The notes: generated from the letters alone by a model not told the origin. DNA of 55,472 nt, filler included, from Dirinaria sp. TL-2023a (GCA_051941275.1; 5 parts of 5 records of this genome joined end to end with filler, not necessarily neighbours in it), one strand, 5' to 3'. Numbered from the whole stretch's first letter, positions 36,747-49,736 are shown. A program made the numbers and translations.

Positions 36747-39470
36747 ATGATGTCCACTAGCTCGGCTCCGAGGATCCTCTTCATTGACGCTTACGACTCT
36801 TTCTCAAACAATATTATTTCCCTTCTGGAAACCGATCTTGAAATCAGTGTCACTTCAATAAAGATTGATGCGCCCATTCATGATTTCCCTTCGTTTCTTA
36901 AATCTTTCTCGGCCGTCGTCGCTGGGCCAGGGCCAGGCCATCCCATGAACAAGAAAGACGTAGGTCTATTCAATGAGCTATGGAAACTTAGAGACGAAGA
37001 CCTGATTCCAGTCCTTGGAATCTGTCTGGGCTTTCAGAGCCTGGTCTATGCCTTCGGAGGCGATATCAAGCCGCTCCCGGAGCCGAGACATGGGATTTCC
37101 ACTACTATCCGCTCATGTGGAACATCTATCTTTCAGACCTCCGAGACGTGTGACTCTGTGCAGTACCACTCCCTCTGCGCATACTTAGGACATGTTCCAC
37201 TTTCCTCGAGCGAAGATTCGCGGGATGGATATGACCTGTGGAGCCCAACCAAGCTCTGTCCGGACCTGGTACCGCTCGCCTGGGACTTCTCATACGATAG
37301 CGAGAAACATGCTGACGCAAGCTCGTATGCTATTTTGATGGGAGTGGCCCATCTGACAAAGCCTTTTCATGGTATACAGTTCCATCCAGAATCAATCTGC
37401 TCTAGCGCCCGAGCAAGAACTGTGATTGCCAGTTGGTGGAAGGAAGTCATGACCTGGTGGTGTCATAACCCCCTATCAGGGTCATCAGCCGGATCCACTC
37501 AGACTCCTAAGTCAAATGATACAGCGCTGAAATCTCCTGATGGGGGCCCATCTCAAACCCGAATCGAGAAGCCTAAACGTTGGGTCACGACAAAAATGGA
37601 AGAGATGCAAAGCTTAGAGAGGGGCTTGTCTGCTCCCTGTGAAATAACCTCGACGCTTCTTACCCCTCCTCGGACGCCCCCCAAGGTTTCGAGTATAGTG
37701 ACACAAGTTGATCAGTGGTCAGTTGCTAGTATTTGCGAACGGCTCGACTTAGCTGAGACGGAAGTCATCGTTCTTGATTCTGAAATGCATCAGAGGGCAG
37801 AGGTCGGTGAATACAGCATTATCGGTGTCGTGCTGCCGGAGTCGTTGAAGCTGGAATATTACACGGGCATTGACCACGTCTTACTCAGAAGACGCAATGA
37901 TGTCTCACTGATCGATTTGGTCCCATATGGAAACTCTATATACCGCTATCTGCAAGTCTTCCTAGATGAGAATCGTGCAACAGAAGGACATCCGAATGTC
38001 CCATTTTGGGGCGGTTTGATCGGTTACTTCACCTACGAAGCATGCCTTGAAACCATTGATATAGCGCCAAGTGCAAGGTCGAGATATGGGAGCAGGAATC
38101 CTGATCTAAGTTTTGTTATGATAGAACGCAGTATCGTCGTCTCCCATCAAACCAACACCATCCATGTCCAGAGTATCAAACCAAAAGACCATGAGTGGGT
38201 GGCTGGGATGGCGAGGCTCCTTCAATCCGCATCCAGGCCCCAGCTGCCACCTCGAGTCCCATGCTTTACCTCGAACATAATCTATCCTGACAAAGCAGCA
38301 TATCAAGCCGCAATCCGTTACTGCCAGGACTCCATTCGCAAAGGGGACGCTTACGAGCTATGCTTGACATCCAAAGCATACATTACGACCAATCCACCTC
38401 AATCTTCTCCATGGGCACTTTATCTGCAGCTGCGCAAGCTCAACCCTGCGCCCTTTGGGGCTTACGTTCGCTTGGGCGGTTTGAGCTTGCTTTCTAGCTC
38501 GCCAGAGCGCTTCCTTCGCTGGTCGCGACCTCAGAAATCCCAGTCTAACCCCCAATCCGAGGTCATCAGATGCCAATTCCGACCTATCAAAGGGACGGTA
38601 AAAAAGCAGCTCGGTGAGCAAGGTCTCTCGGATATTACGCTTGAAGAAGCAACTGAGATCCTGGCCACGGAGAAGGAGAGAGCGGAGAATTTAATGATCG
38701 TGGATTTGATAAGACACGATCTCCATGGGGTCGTAGGATCTGGCATGGTGCACGTGCCGAAGCTGATGGTTGTCGAGGAGTACGAGACTGTCTTTCAGCT
38801 TGTCACTGTTGTGGAAGGAGAGCTTTGGCTCGATGACAATAAGCCCGAAGGACAGCCTGCAAAAGCACGCATCAATCGAGAGCAGTGCAATCGGCGTCTA
38901 CACAACCGCCATGGATCGAAGCGTGACATGCGTCCAGGGACACCGGCTTCAGGCTCCCGCAACAGCTCGAAGGTCAACGGCGGATCTAAGTCAGGCATCG
39001 ACATACTCGCTTCTTCCCTGCCACCAGGCTCCATGACCGGTGCTCCCAAACGACGTGCATGTCGCATACTTCAGGGGCTTGAGGACAATAAGCCTCGGGG
39101 GGTCTACTCCGGCGTCGTCGGTTACTTGGATGTTGGTGGGGGCGGAGATTTCAGTGTGGTCATCCGCAGCGCTGTTCGGTGGGATCGGCGGGCCACGGAG
39201 CAGCACATCAATCACAGCCTCGGACCTTCAGCGAGGGCCAACCAATCAGATGATACGACGGCGCACCGTGGTGACGAGCTCTGCGATGAAGCTGGCTGGA
39301 GACGGGGAGGCGAGGTAGAGCCTGAATGGACTGTGGGGGCTGGCGGAGCGATCACGAGTCTTAGCACCGAGGAAGGGGAATGGGAGGAGATGATGACTAA
39401 ACTGAGGAGCACTTTACGGGTATTCGATGGGGCGACGGTGTCAGGGGAAGGGAAAGGGGGCTTGGGATAA
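36747..39470 (+). CDS. ABZ1: Aminodeoxychorismate (PABA) synthase, fused glutamine amidotransferase + chorismate-binding domains
   Basis: ILFIDAYDSFSNN, GPGPG, LGICLGFQ, QFHPES, SSSPERF, RPIKGT, KERAENLMIVDLIRHD, PPGSMTGAPK; start placed at the ATG at 36747/36750. Confidence 0.95.
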   Translation: MMSTSSAPRILFIDAYDSFSNNIISLLETDLEISVTSIKIDAPIHDFPSFLKSFSAVVAGPGPGHPMNKKDVGLFNELWKLRDEDLIPVLGICLGFQSLVYAFGGDIKPLPEPRHGISTTIRSCGTSIFQTSETCDSVQYHSLCAYLGHVPLSSSEDSRDGYDLWSPTKLCPDLVPLAWDFSYDSEKHADASSYAILMGVAHLTKPFHGIQFHPESICSSARARTVIASWWKEVMTWWCHNPLSGSSAGSTQTPKSNDTALKSPDGGPSQTRIEKPKRWVTTKMEEMQSLERGLSAPCEITSTLLTPPRTPPKVSSIVTQVDQWSVASICERLDLAETEVIVLDSEMHQRAEVGEYSIIGVVLPESLKLEYYTGIDHVLLRRRNDVSLIDLVPYGNSIYRYLQVFLDENRATEGHPNVPFWGGLIGYFTYEACLETIDIAPSARSRYGSRNPDLSFVMIERSIVVSHQTNTIHVQSIKPKDHEWVAGMARLLQSASRPQLPPRVPCFTSNIIYPDKAAYQAAIRYCQDSIRKGDAYELCLTSKAYITTNPPQSSPWALYLQLRKLNPAPFGAYVRLGGLSLLSSSPERFLRWSRPQKSQSNPQSEVIRCQFRPIKGTVKKQLGEQGLSDITLEEATEILATEKERAENLMIVDLIRHDLHGVVGSGMVHVPKLMVVEEYETVFQLVTVVEGELWLDDNKPEGQPAKARINREQCNRRLHNRHGSKRDMRPGTPASGSRNSSKVNGGSKSGIDILASSLPPGSMTGAPKRRACRILQGLEDNKPRGVYSGVVGYLDVGGGGDFSVVIRSAVRWDRRATEQHINHSLGPSARANQSDDTTAHRGDELCDEAGWRRGGEVEPEWTVGAGGAITSLSTEEGEWEEMMTKLRSTLRVFDGATVSGEGKGGLG

Positions 39471-40052
39471 TCAGGAGTTGGAACATGGAGGGGGTAAGGT
39501 GCCGGGGTTAGCCTTCAACAGGTCCATGATGGATTATGGGTTTAAAATGAGGATAGAGACGTCCAATCCAGCTCAGAGCGAGATTATCGAGGCTCTTGTG
39601 GATCAATACATCAGGTGGGAACAGAAATATTGGAGAACCAATGCAAGTTCTCAGTAAAGCGGAAGCTTCCTTTTCATGGCGTTCAATCGGCGCAGCTTCA
39701 ATGTGGACAATCGTAAGGCCAACGAGGATAGATATAGCAGGCTGGGGTAAGGTAAGAGTCTACCTTATGGGATGTATGGAAATGTTCTTTGTAGGCAGAG
39801 TAATAAGGTATCAATCACTATTTCACAGCCGAGGCATTGCACTGTATTAGTCAGCAGTGGCTGGTGATGGAAGCCTCCCCTTGCTCGCACGCTTTTGGAT
39901 CAACAGATTCGACAAAAGCCCGCTATTATGTGACCCGATCTTTGGCCAAGGGTGTTCCACTCCATCACACACTATCATGGCTTCAGCCGCACGAATCTCC
40001 ATGTTTGTCGGCCCACTAGACCCCAAATTGAGGCCTTGAAGTACGCTGCATC

Positions 40053-41143
40053 ATGGCAAACAACCAGGAGCAAGCGTTGGACGAGGTGGTATGGCGTGCA
40101 CCTCAGATCGCGCAGCAAATGGGCGGGATTCATACGAATACCAGTGCGCAGGCACACGCTTCAAGAATGACGAGCGCAGCTGATGAATCTAGTCCAGCCA
40201 TACTTTTCACAATCCCCGTTCTTCGATCAGACCTCCAACAATGCCACCATTAGTACCCAGGCCATGTACAATCCGAATCTTTACTACCTGATCCAAACCC
40301 GAGAAGCCTTCGAAGGACGTCTTCGGAATATGCAAGGGCTAGAATTCATGGTCACTCAAGATCCATCAGAGAATGATACCAAGCAGGAACATAGCGGGAT
40401 CTGGGTCATAAGGAAACAGAACCGGCGGAAGAGACCAGGAGGCGAGGACGAGATCACGCCGATCAGCTCGTATTTCATTTTTGGGGAGAATGTGTACATG
40501 GCGCCCACCATCTCGAGTATTTTAAGCAGCCGGCTAGTGAGCAAAACACCTCCATGAGCGATGCGACATTCCTAATGAAAACCAGATATCTACATGTTCT
40601 TCCCTCATCAAGTACCTCTCCGTAGCCTCACCACTCCCTCTATTCACGCCCTCCGTCGGCCACACCTACTTCCCTCCCACGGCCAAAGTTCCCAGCTCCG
40701 CCCCTTCCACTCAAGCTACCCAAACGAGCAAAGAAAACACCCCCATGCCCGGAACCCAAGAAAGCACCCCTCTGCCAAGATCCTCCTCCTTCAAAGCACC
40801 CACCGCAAGTACCAACGCGCTGCAAACGCTGGCCGAATCTCTCACCCTCTCCCTCACCTACGGCAACGAGTACATGGATACCAATCCCCTCGTGGGCGAG
40901 CCGGGAAGCTTCAGAGTCACGAAGTCGAGGGAGGAGAAGCCGAAAGCGATTGCGAAGACTGAGACGCCATTCAAGGCTGCTGAGCGGCCAAAGGAGATTC
41001 AGACACAGGGGTTGGGAAAGGAGGCAAGGAAGGGGAGTAAGGGAGGGGAGAAGAGTCCGATCACGCCCGGAGCGGCAACCAAAGGGGATAAGAAGAGAAG
41101 GAAGAGCAAAGCTGCTGGGGCGACGACCACGACGCCGAAATAA
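40053..41143 (+). CDS. MED6: Mediator complex subunit 6
   Basis: LDEVVWR..GGIHTNT|..PYFSQSPFFDQTSNNA, GLEFMV, WVIRKQNR, YFIFGENVYMAP; introns about 40144-40191 and 40537-40585. Confidence 0.92.
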
Positions 41144-41565
41144 GAACAGTGAAGGAAGTCGCTGCATAAGGAGCTGCCGCCGTGCGTTGAAGAAGTTCGC
41201 CTACCGGTGAATTATTGTCGATGGGCCGAGGAAAATATTGGATCCATTTTCATCTAACCAATCTATCATTGCTGCTAGAACTAGGTAGAGCAGCTTATGA
41301 AGATCCAAATGCACCTCATGTTGTAGAGGAGAGGAACACACTCATCCATCAAAAGTAGTTTGGTATATCTTGGCATCTTGGCATCAGGAGAACGCGTGAT
41401 GGCTTGGCATTCGCGTTGCGCGTATCCAAGTCTGGCGGCGTATATCTCTTCACTTCTGTGTATGACCAAGTACACTGTGAAACCAGCAATCGAGATTTTG
41501 CTTGAGAGGATAACGCGATGATTGCATCGCGCCTCTGAAGGCTCTGTAAGTCTGAAGAATGAAGA

Positions 41566-43065
41566 ATGGATCGCTGGCACGGCGACATCCGCTCAATTGA
41601 CTCCCAACCCCAACTTCAAGGTCGGTAAATGTTGCCCTGTACCAAGGACTATGATTGAGGCTGGGCAGATATCCATTTGCACGGCACTTTCTCTCTATCT
41701 AGGACCGCAAGACTAACGTTTCTTTCTTTTGTCGACGTAACCTCTATCCCAATATACTTCGCTGCAGGAGCCCCTTTGGACGTCTGGACCAGCCATCAAG
41801 ACACTGAGGAGATCTTGAATAGAGTACTACTTGATCAAGATGATAGCGACGAGGGCTCTCATATAGCAAGAGAACCCTGGTGGGAAAGACCTCAGAGGCA
41901 ATCCGACCTGGGCATCCTCGTAAAGACTGAGGAGGACTTGAGTGACACTGATACGGCCTCGCTGACAGCGCCAAGGGCGACTGAGCTATTGTTCTATGCT
42001 GCCGCATTGCCGAGGCCGAATATCGAAGGGCTGCCCACGCCACCAAGATCTTCCTCGCCAATCCAATCTCAATTCGACGCAAGTTCCCGGAGTGACGTTG
42101 GCCAACAGCTGAGACTGTACGCTCTGCCAATCTCACACAATGTTGATTTGAAAGGTGGCCTTCGGAGCAGTAGTGTTTCTTCGATCTGTCCTGGAGAGGG
42201 CGGTTCCCCCACGCTGCAGCAGCGCGGTCTAGATCCTGCTCACAGGCCGTCATCTCCAAAACGACGTAAGCTATCGAATGTATTCGACAGTGCAACACAA
42301 CAGCGACGTAGGCTTAAAGGCCATGGTGGAGAACGGATTTCGAAGGCTATGGCTCTGGCTAGTGATTCGAGTATTAGCAATTCTAATCCCGCATTACCAC
42401 CGAGTGAAATGACAGCGCCATCAATCGAGCAGCGTGATGAGAGCGCCCACTCATATAACCCAGACAGACCCAGCTTATCAAGAGCGACGAGCATAGCATC
42501 TTTGCCCAGCGTTGAACCCCCGCAACCAGGTTCGAGACAAAGCTCATTTGCGCCGAACAAGAGATCTTCGCTTTATCGCGTGGAAAGCGTTGCTTCCGGA
42601 ATGCGCAGCCCTTCCCTCACAGCAGACAGTGAGAACAGCATCGAACAGCAGAACAGGACCAGTCTTTCCCGGACCGTCATGGCTGGGATGCGTATTTACG
42701 GTCTGCAACAGCGAAAATCACCAGCTAAACCCTCAGATGCCCCGCCGGATACTCGGCCGGAAGAGGAAGAGTACAAGCTCATCTACCACCAAACCTTCAA
42801 AGCCGCTTCTTTTGTTTTCCGGTCTCAATTTTCGTTGAAGCAAGTACCACCCGATGTGGTGCGGGAGGTTGTCGATCGCTTGCTCTCGATGTTCTGCACC
42901 GATCCTTTATCAAAGAGCGTTGAGGAGAATACGACTCATACCTTTGGCAGCCAGGACGCTGAAAAGCGGCTGAATCCGTTTGATGAATCAAAAACAGCTG
43001 GTGGAGCGGTGAAGCTGGCAACACAGGCTATGCCTTTGTCCAAGAAAGAGAAGCGTTGCGGCTAG
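41566..43065 (+). CDS. SLD7: Sld7 C-terminal-domain protein (putative replication initiation factor)
   Basis: C-terminal QNRTSLSRTVMAGMRIYGL...EYKLIYHQTFKAASFVFR...VDRLLSMFC; inferred first exon 41566-41620, intron 41621-41668. Confidence 0.7.
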
Positions 43066-43205
43066 AGCTATGAAATAGACCAATCATACTCCCAGCTGTT
43101 TTCGAATGAAGACATCCGTGGGTCTCCTGGATCGACAAAACTCAATAGCGGAGACGTCATTGCAACATCGGTCGCTCTTCCGATACCCAGCTTACCGACA
43201 ATCGG

Positions 43206-44391
43206 CTAAATCTCATCTTCCTCCTCATCAAAATCATCCTCTGCTCCCATCTCGTACAGAATCCTTCCTCCGCCTCCACCGCCTTCCGCCTTCTGCGCAT
43301 CAAAATATGGCAGTACCACGCCATCCCTCGCTCGCCGCTGTCTCTCTGTTAGTCCCAAATCAAACGTCGGTGGCATTTGCCCTTCATCTTCCACTCTATC
43401 ATCCTCTTTCTGATCTGGTTTTCGGAATAGTGCATGGTCTTCCAGCATCACAGCCTTCTCCGGAGCGAATTCGGGCGCAGTAGGCACAAAAATCTTCGCA
43501 TGGTCCCCCATCGACCTCCCTGATTTTCGCCGGTGCTCCATTTCCACGACCATGCCCGGCGCACCAGCGTCCACGACAGGAAGTCCTACGATCACACCTT
43601 CAAGCTCTTCTTCCATGCCAAATACCGGCTCCGGCAGACTTCGCTCCCTTGCCCTTTTCTTTGCCAATAGGTGTGATACAGAATGCGTTGTCAGAATTGT
43701 CGTTGCCAGATATCGTAGAACCGTTAGCGGTAAAGGCGCATAAACGTCAGCATCCGTATGCGGAGCTTCATAGTGAGGCAGGCGGGGGATCGGGATGTCG
43801 AGATGGTAGACTGCTACCAGTGATAGATTTGCGGCGAGGGAGATGAGAGTTGAGAGGTAGGTGGACAGGTTAAAGGGACTTGGAAGGGTGCAGAGAGGGT
43901 ACAAAGTGTCGAATATCAATAGTGCTCCTGAGGAGAGATGGATTTTAGTGGACGTGCAGCTGATCCAAAGTCGATGTTGAAAGGCACACGAATGGAGTGG
44001 GGAGACGTACGCTGGGCAGGGCTTTGCTTCACTGCTTGCTCGATCTCGGCCAGGAGCGCAGCAGGCGATTTGCGTCGGGCACGAATGTAAGTGCCGGCGG
44101 TGGACGGTGGAGGGTGCGTCTCGTAGGAGACGTAGATCGTATTGGTCTTCGACGCCTGCCAATTTTGGATCCTTAGCTCTGCTACACAGAACACGGAGTA
44201 GAATAAAATCAAGGAAATTGTACAGAGAGATAAGAAAAAAATAATCAGCTAAATGGTCTGACGACCTCGCAAAACCACTACACTCTCAAGCGCATCGGAA
44301 ATCAACTCGAAAAAAATCCGTCTTCCGCACATGCTATCAATCCCTACTCATATTGGCCCATATCACGACCTCAAAACATCTAGCCTACCTT
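43206..44391 (-). CDS. ELP5: Elongator complex subunit 5 (5'-truncated at contig end)
   Basis: C-terminal TFDLGLTERQRRARDGVVLPYFDAQ..GGRILYEMGAEDDFDEEED, EHRRKSGR; intron about 43930-44012; exon ASKTNTIYVSYET; splice donor AAG|GTAGGC at the contig edge. Confidence 0.88.
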
Positions 44392-44491
44392 NNNNNNNNN
44401 NNNNNNNNNNNNNNNNNNNNNNNNNNNNNNNNNNNTTAATTAATTAANNNNNNNNNNNNNNNNNNNNNNNNNNNNNNNNNNNNNNNNNNNN
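44392..44491. other. Artificial contig linker
   Basis: N-run, TTAATTAATTAA, N-run. Confidence 0.98.
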
Positions 44492-45559
44492 GGGTTGGAG
44501 CTAGAGCGTATATTTAGTGAGTGTATATTTACATGTATTTAGATGTATAACCGGGTCATGTTTGTTCGGACATATATATAAGCACGAAGAGACTTTCGAG
44601 TAGAAGAAGTCTCTTTGGGGAGGGCGGGGGCAAATGATGAGTTATGTAAGTGTTTTTTTCTTATTGCTCCATCTCTACCTTATCTCTGATCTGACTTGGT
44701 AATATATTTACATAATTATATCTCATGAGGAGTTTCCGAATTCGTTCACCACTTCTCCACAAGAAAAAAGTTTCAAAAAATAAATAAATCCATGCATGTA
44801 TTGTTAATATCCTGGAGACCTCATTAATTTCAACACTTACTTAGTAAAGCTAATAACCGAGAAACTCACATGTAACATCTGATATCACGATAAGTGTTAA
44901 GGGATAGGTAGTCTTGACTATAGTACAGATTCCGGCGCTGTTTTTGGGGGGGGATTGAAGCAGTACTGCTATCAAAATTGTCGTGATGTAACTTATTACA
45001 GCTTAAGTAGAACGCCCAAACAACTTTCGTCCACACGGCCACTCTAACCTGGTTCCAATAAGAGTGATGGGAATTGAAGCAAAAACAAAAGTTTCGAATG
45101 CCATACCACCTCCCAAGACAAATCAATATAAAGTAGATGCGAAAAAAAATTGCTACTCATACTCCGGCAAAAAAGAAAACAGAGTTCGACGGTTTCGGAT
45201 CCCAACATCTGCCAGCAGACGTCTTTCAGAGCGTTTCTACTAAAAAGCATTGAGCGAAAACGATAAAAACGCAGAAAAAAAAAAACCGAAAATCGCGACG
45301 ATGAGCAGGACGCATAATAATCGTTTTCGTCATCCGCTAGTTTCTGTGATCCTTGCAATGAGAATTGCTACGGAAACCTTGCTGATTGAAATCACGAAGA
45401 TGCAGACGACCTGTAAAGTCCAGTTATATTTGAAGACTTGTCTCGTTTGAGTCTGGGAGAGGTATGCGATGTGGCGCGCATTGTTTTTCATGATGTAGAG
45501 CGTGAAAAGGACGGAATATATTAAGATAAGGCTCTATTAGCCAGGAATGATAAGCGGAA

Positions 45560-45779
45560 CAAGGTAATTTTGGACAGCGAAAGCGAGCAATTTCATAGAC
45601 CATGGTGACGCATATGACTCAATCATCCCATCACCATCAGAGATTCTCGAGTATACGCATTGAGGGTACAGTCTGACGATAACGAAGACTATAGATGTGC
45701 CACAGCCTACGCAGGTTACAATTAGAAGCGCAGTAGCTCTGTCCACGTCTTCTCCTGGATGAAGAAAACCATTCTCCAT
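45560..45779 (-). pseudogene. Possible N-terminal remnant of a Pth11-like membrane protein
   Basis: EDVDRATALLIVTCVGCGTSIVFVIVRLY resembles TM1 of fungal rhodopsin-domain proteins; no downstream exons recognised. Confidence 0.35.
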
Positions 45780-46375
45780 GTTTGCAGTTTAATATCGAAG
45801 GTCAGATAAACGCGAAATTTTTTAGGTTTGTGTAGCAGTAATTGCAGAAACAGTAAATCGTGGATTCGATCGAGTTGCCTTAGATCGCTTCGTGCCTCCC
45901 TGAAAGAAATGTAGGAATCGTAGCCTAGAAGGTTGGATCTTCAGCACGGATGATGTAATTCCGACCGCATAGTGGAGCTTTCGGTGAATTTTGGGGTGTA
46001 CCTCATGTAATAACGGCAAGTGAGTCATCTACATACATCTTTTCTCGGTGTAATGTGATGATATAAAGCTGTGCAGCTGAGAGATTGCGTCAATGCTTAG
46101 GCGTGAAATCAAAAAGACTCAGGATCTGGATGCGAAGCATCCTTAATGCCTCAGCATACTCGATACTGCATGACAATACATGCTACTCGCATTTCGAATC
46201 AGAATCAGACTGTAGCCCTAGCTGCGAAACAACGTGTCCACATCCAGTCAGCAGCTGCAAAGGACCTTCAGAGAGTTTTAGCTCACGGAGCTGAGTATTG
46301 CACATGGTAAGATATTAGAAATCAACCACTGCCTGCCTTCTTGCCTTGCCAGACAATACCTATACCCTGAGGCTT

Positions 46376-48181
46376 TCACAAGGTGCTGTTCGCGCCTCCT
46401 GTCCCGTGTCCCTTGCGACTTTGCAATTTTGTAAAGCCTGATTGCTTGACCGTAACCTCGTCATTCCCGCTCGAAGTCGTCGAAACGCAAACATCGTACT
46501 TCGACAGCGGCGCTTCGTTCATCTCATCAGTAACCGGCTGCGACTGACTCAGGAACTCTGTGGAAAATCGAGCCTTGACTTGGCAATCTACGGCCGTTTC
46601 CAGAGACCGGGCCCCAAGTTCCGGCATATAGAAATCCTTTGCCAAAGAGGAACAAATCTTTCCGTCGTCCACAAAGTTCAGGTGCAAGTGGCCAGCGAGC
46701 TTCTTAGTCGCAATATTGATCGGTTCTCGCACGCTGTTGGCTAGCTGAAGAAGGAATCTGTAGACCACGACCGCTTGTTCACCTTCTGTGAACGGGAAGA
46801 AGGGTACAATGTAAGTCACTCGGCCTGTAAGTGGTGCTCCGATAGTTGGGGTGAAAGTCTCTTTGAGCCTAGTATGGAGCTCTTTGAACAGGGCAATACG
46901 CTGCTGCTCCTCAGTGCGATGTTCGATATGGTCCACCCAAAATTTGCCGATTGTCTCCTCACCGTGATTAGTTGCCAAAATCCAAATTACCTTCGAGCAG
47001 TCCAGCTTCTTCTTGTCGCGGCGGTCTCTGTAATCACCGCACTGAAAAAGGAGAAGTAGGCTCTGGCGAACTTCTTTGGAGGTCTTGTCGAACTCGTCAA
47101 GAAAGACAACACTGCCCTGGCCAGCCCATTTGGCAAGGTGGTTGTTCAGGGGACTTCCCTCCTCGTAGCCACGATAGGGCGCCTTCCGACCGAAAAGATC
47201 TGTCTCGCACTCCATCTCTGTGCAGTCGACTGACATAGATTCCAGAGACATAAGTTCTCCCATTCGCATCGCCAGTTCGGTCTTGCCGTGACCGCTTGGG
47301 CCAGCGAAGAGCAAGACAAGTGGCTTGGGATTCTCGAACAGAAGTTGGCTCGTGATAGATTCCAATACGTCGTTTATTGCTGGATGCTGCCCAACTATAT
47401 GGAACGGTATTCCAAACAACGCCGTAGCATCGTGCAGCTTTGCGAGCTGCTCTCGCTTAGGCGAGGGTTTGGGAAACTTCTCTGCTTTCCATAGCGAATA
47501 CCGTTGCATTAGGTTCAGAGACCGGCAAAGGGCGTTCTGGACCTCCAGTGTGCACCAAGCAAGCGGATCAATAGATTCTGTGGCTGGCGTGGTCTGAAGC
47601 CTGGCTGGGGATTTTCGGTAGTCTCTCCACATTTCCTCGGGTATGTCCCGTGGGTTTGCTCCGCTAGCAAGCAGTGCAATTACTGTTGGCGTGGTATCTA
47701 GGACCTGATTTTCAGCACTGATCACAGCGTAGGCCAAAACCGGCAGTTTGGACAATAGCGCTCTCTGTTTTGAACACGCTCCTAGGCTGCAGAGCAATTT
47801 AATGAGCTTCGGAGAATTGCGTTCAACAGCGAAGAACAAAATTGGATATCCAGGGTCCAGTGTCTTGGTCTCCACAGCCACTCCAAGCTCATACTCGATG
47901 GAAGTTGCGGGCTCCTTTCTCACATAACGTTCGATGCATGGTACACTGATACCATTTTGAATGGCCCACGCTAAGATCTCCACGGAAAATTCAGAATTGT
48001 CTTTCAAATAGTCTAAGGTCGCGTCCACAGCCTCCTTGTTGTCCAAAACATCCACAGCTTTTGCTCGGATCTTCGGCAGGATAAAAGGCAGGGTGATTTT
48101 CTATCACCATGGGATCAGTGGCTGTCTCCATGGCCCTAAGAATGATCATCGGACCGGCTTGCCACCTCCACTTTCTCCCAT
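46376..48181 (-). CDS. AAA+ ATPase with a single ClpA/B NBD2-type domain and an N-terminal ankyrin-like region
   Basis: HIVGQHPAI, LLFAGPSGHGKTELA (Walker A), VVFLDEFDK (Walker B), ILATN, GARSL (sensor 2); ankyrin-like PILFFAVERNSPKLIKLLCSLGA and ALLASGANP; start at 48181 with intron about 48102-48154 is inferred. Confidence 0.85.
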
Positions 48182-48991
48182 GTTTGCTTCGACCCAGCCC
48201 CGTCTTGGTTTTCGTTGCAGCAAAAGGGTGTGACTCTAGTAAGAGCGCTGCTCTACAATGTGATCATGCAATCTACTTAGTTCCAATTGAAGCCCACGTA
48301 TAGAAACGTGGGAGGTAGTCATCTGGAATAAGTGTAGATTCCGAAACCGATTTTAAGTCAGAGGAGGACCAGACAACGCCAGCTGCGTGCCATCTCAAGC
48401 CTGCTTCCATTTTAGAGTAATCGATGAACAAAGAAGCTGCAAAAGTGCTAAAGGCTTGATGCAGCTGCTAGCTGCTGCAGCGCATTCGTGAAAATTGGTA
48501 GATAGTATATCGACTTCAGCGCGAGATCATTATTCATCGAGGTAGTAATGGTCATTTGCGTCAACGGATGGGAGCTCTTCAAAGATAAGGAATATCACAA
48601 CATTGAGAAATCTGATACCATATTATGTAATCTGGAGCAGCTCAAGTGTAGGTTCAGTGCGTTGTGCTTCGCCAGACAGGCAGCACCTTGCTGGATCCGA
48701 TTCAGGCACAGCTGGTTTCGGCATGGGCTACATGCTTGAGGACGGCACGATCCAAGATTCTCAGCATGCACCTAAGTGTACATGGACTCATGGAGGTCCA
48801 CAGTCAAGAGTCATAAGCGACACTAGCTGAATCTTGGTGGGGAACGTACGGTCACATATGCGCAAAGCTGCTTTGTGCCTGCAAGCGACGCATCTTAAGT
48901 TTCATCCCACATCAGAAGAGGTTTTCAGAAGTGCAGCTGCCAGATCCTCAGAACAGCATCGGAGCCAAATCTCTTTCATTTTCGTGTTGCG

Positions 48992-49736
48992 ATGAAATTT
49001 CTTGTGGCGTTTGAGATCGTACTCAGCTGTTTGCTTCTGACACAGGTCTGCGTCCATCGAGTTGACGCCGGACCGGTATGCGCGACAAGAAAGATAGGCA
49101 AGCCACTGCTGCAAGACTGTCGTATCCTGTACGACAGGCTGCCGTTCATTAATTCGGCACCTGGCGATACACCTGGACTCGTTGCCCCCAGATTGTTTGT
49201 CGAGCCTCAGTTCCTCTTCGTACCTTTTGGCTCGGTGAGGAACCCTTACTCTGAATCTAGTATGGTACAGCTCCCAAAGACATGGCGATTCAGTAAGTAG
49301 TCATCCAAACTCGAGAAAGCGGAAAGAAATCACTCATGTGTTCTGTGGCAATGTCTCAGACACTTGTCGTATCGCGTTGATGAGCTACCCGGACCCCACT
49401 GGTTTTGTTCGGAGGCCAATCGTTACCTCGGCATGGAATCTTGTGTTGAGCGACCTTTCGCCAGCTATTGACTTATGTGTGGGGCGCGAACAACAAGGCG
49501 TAGTCCAATTCATTAATGGTGGGCCTCTCAACTGTTTTTTTTTTCGGACGATTGGAATTGTTCGCTGATGGAAAGAAGACCCACTCGGTCATATCCTGAT
49601 GATGGCGTACATTTACGAGAGTGGCTCGGACTTCGAGACTGAAATGAATGCGTACATGAGCGGTTTCAAGGCTCTTAGGCCGGACGATATTCTCCAAAGA
49701 GCTATAGCTGATAACATGACCAGCTCCACCACTTGA
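48992..49736 (+). CDS. Small secreted Cys-containing protein, tandem paralog A
   Basis: Signal peptide; PRLFVEPQF..NPY..QLPKTWRF|.TCRIALMS..SAW..C..G; introns about 49293-49359 and 49519-49579. Confidence 0.8.
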
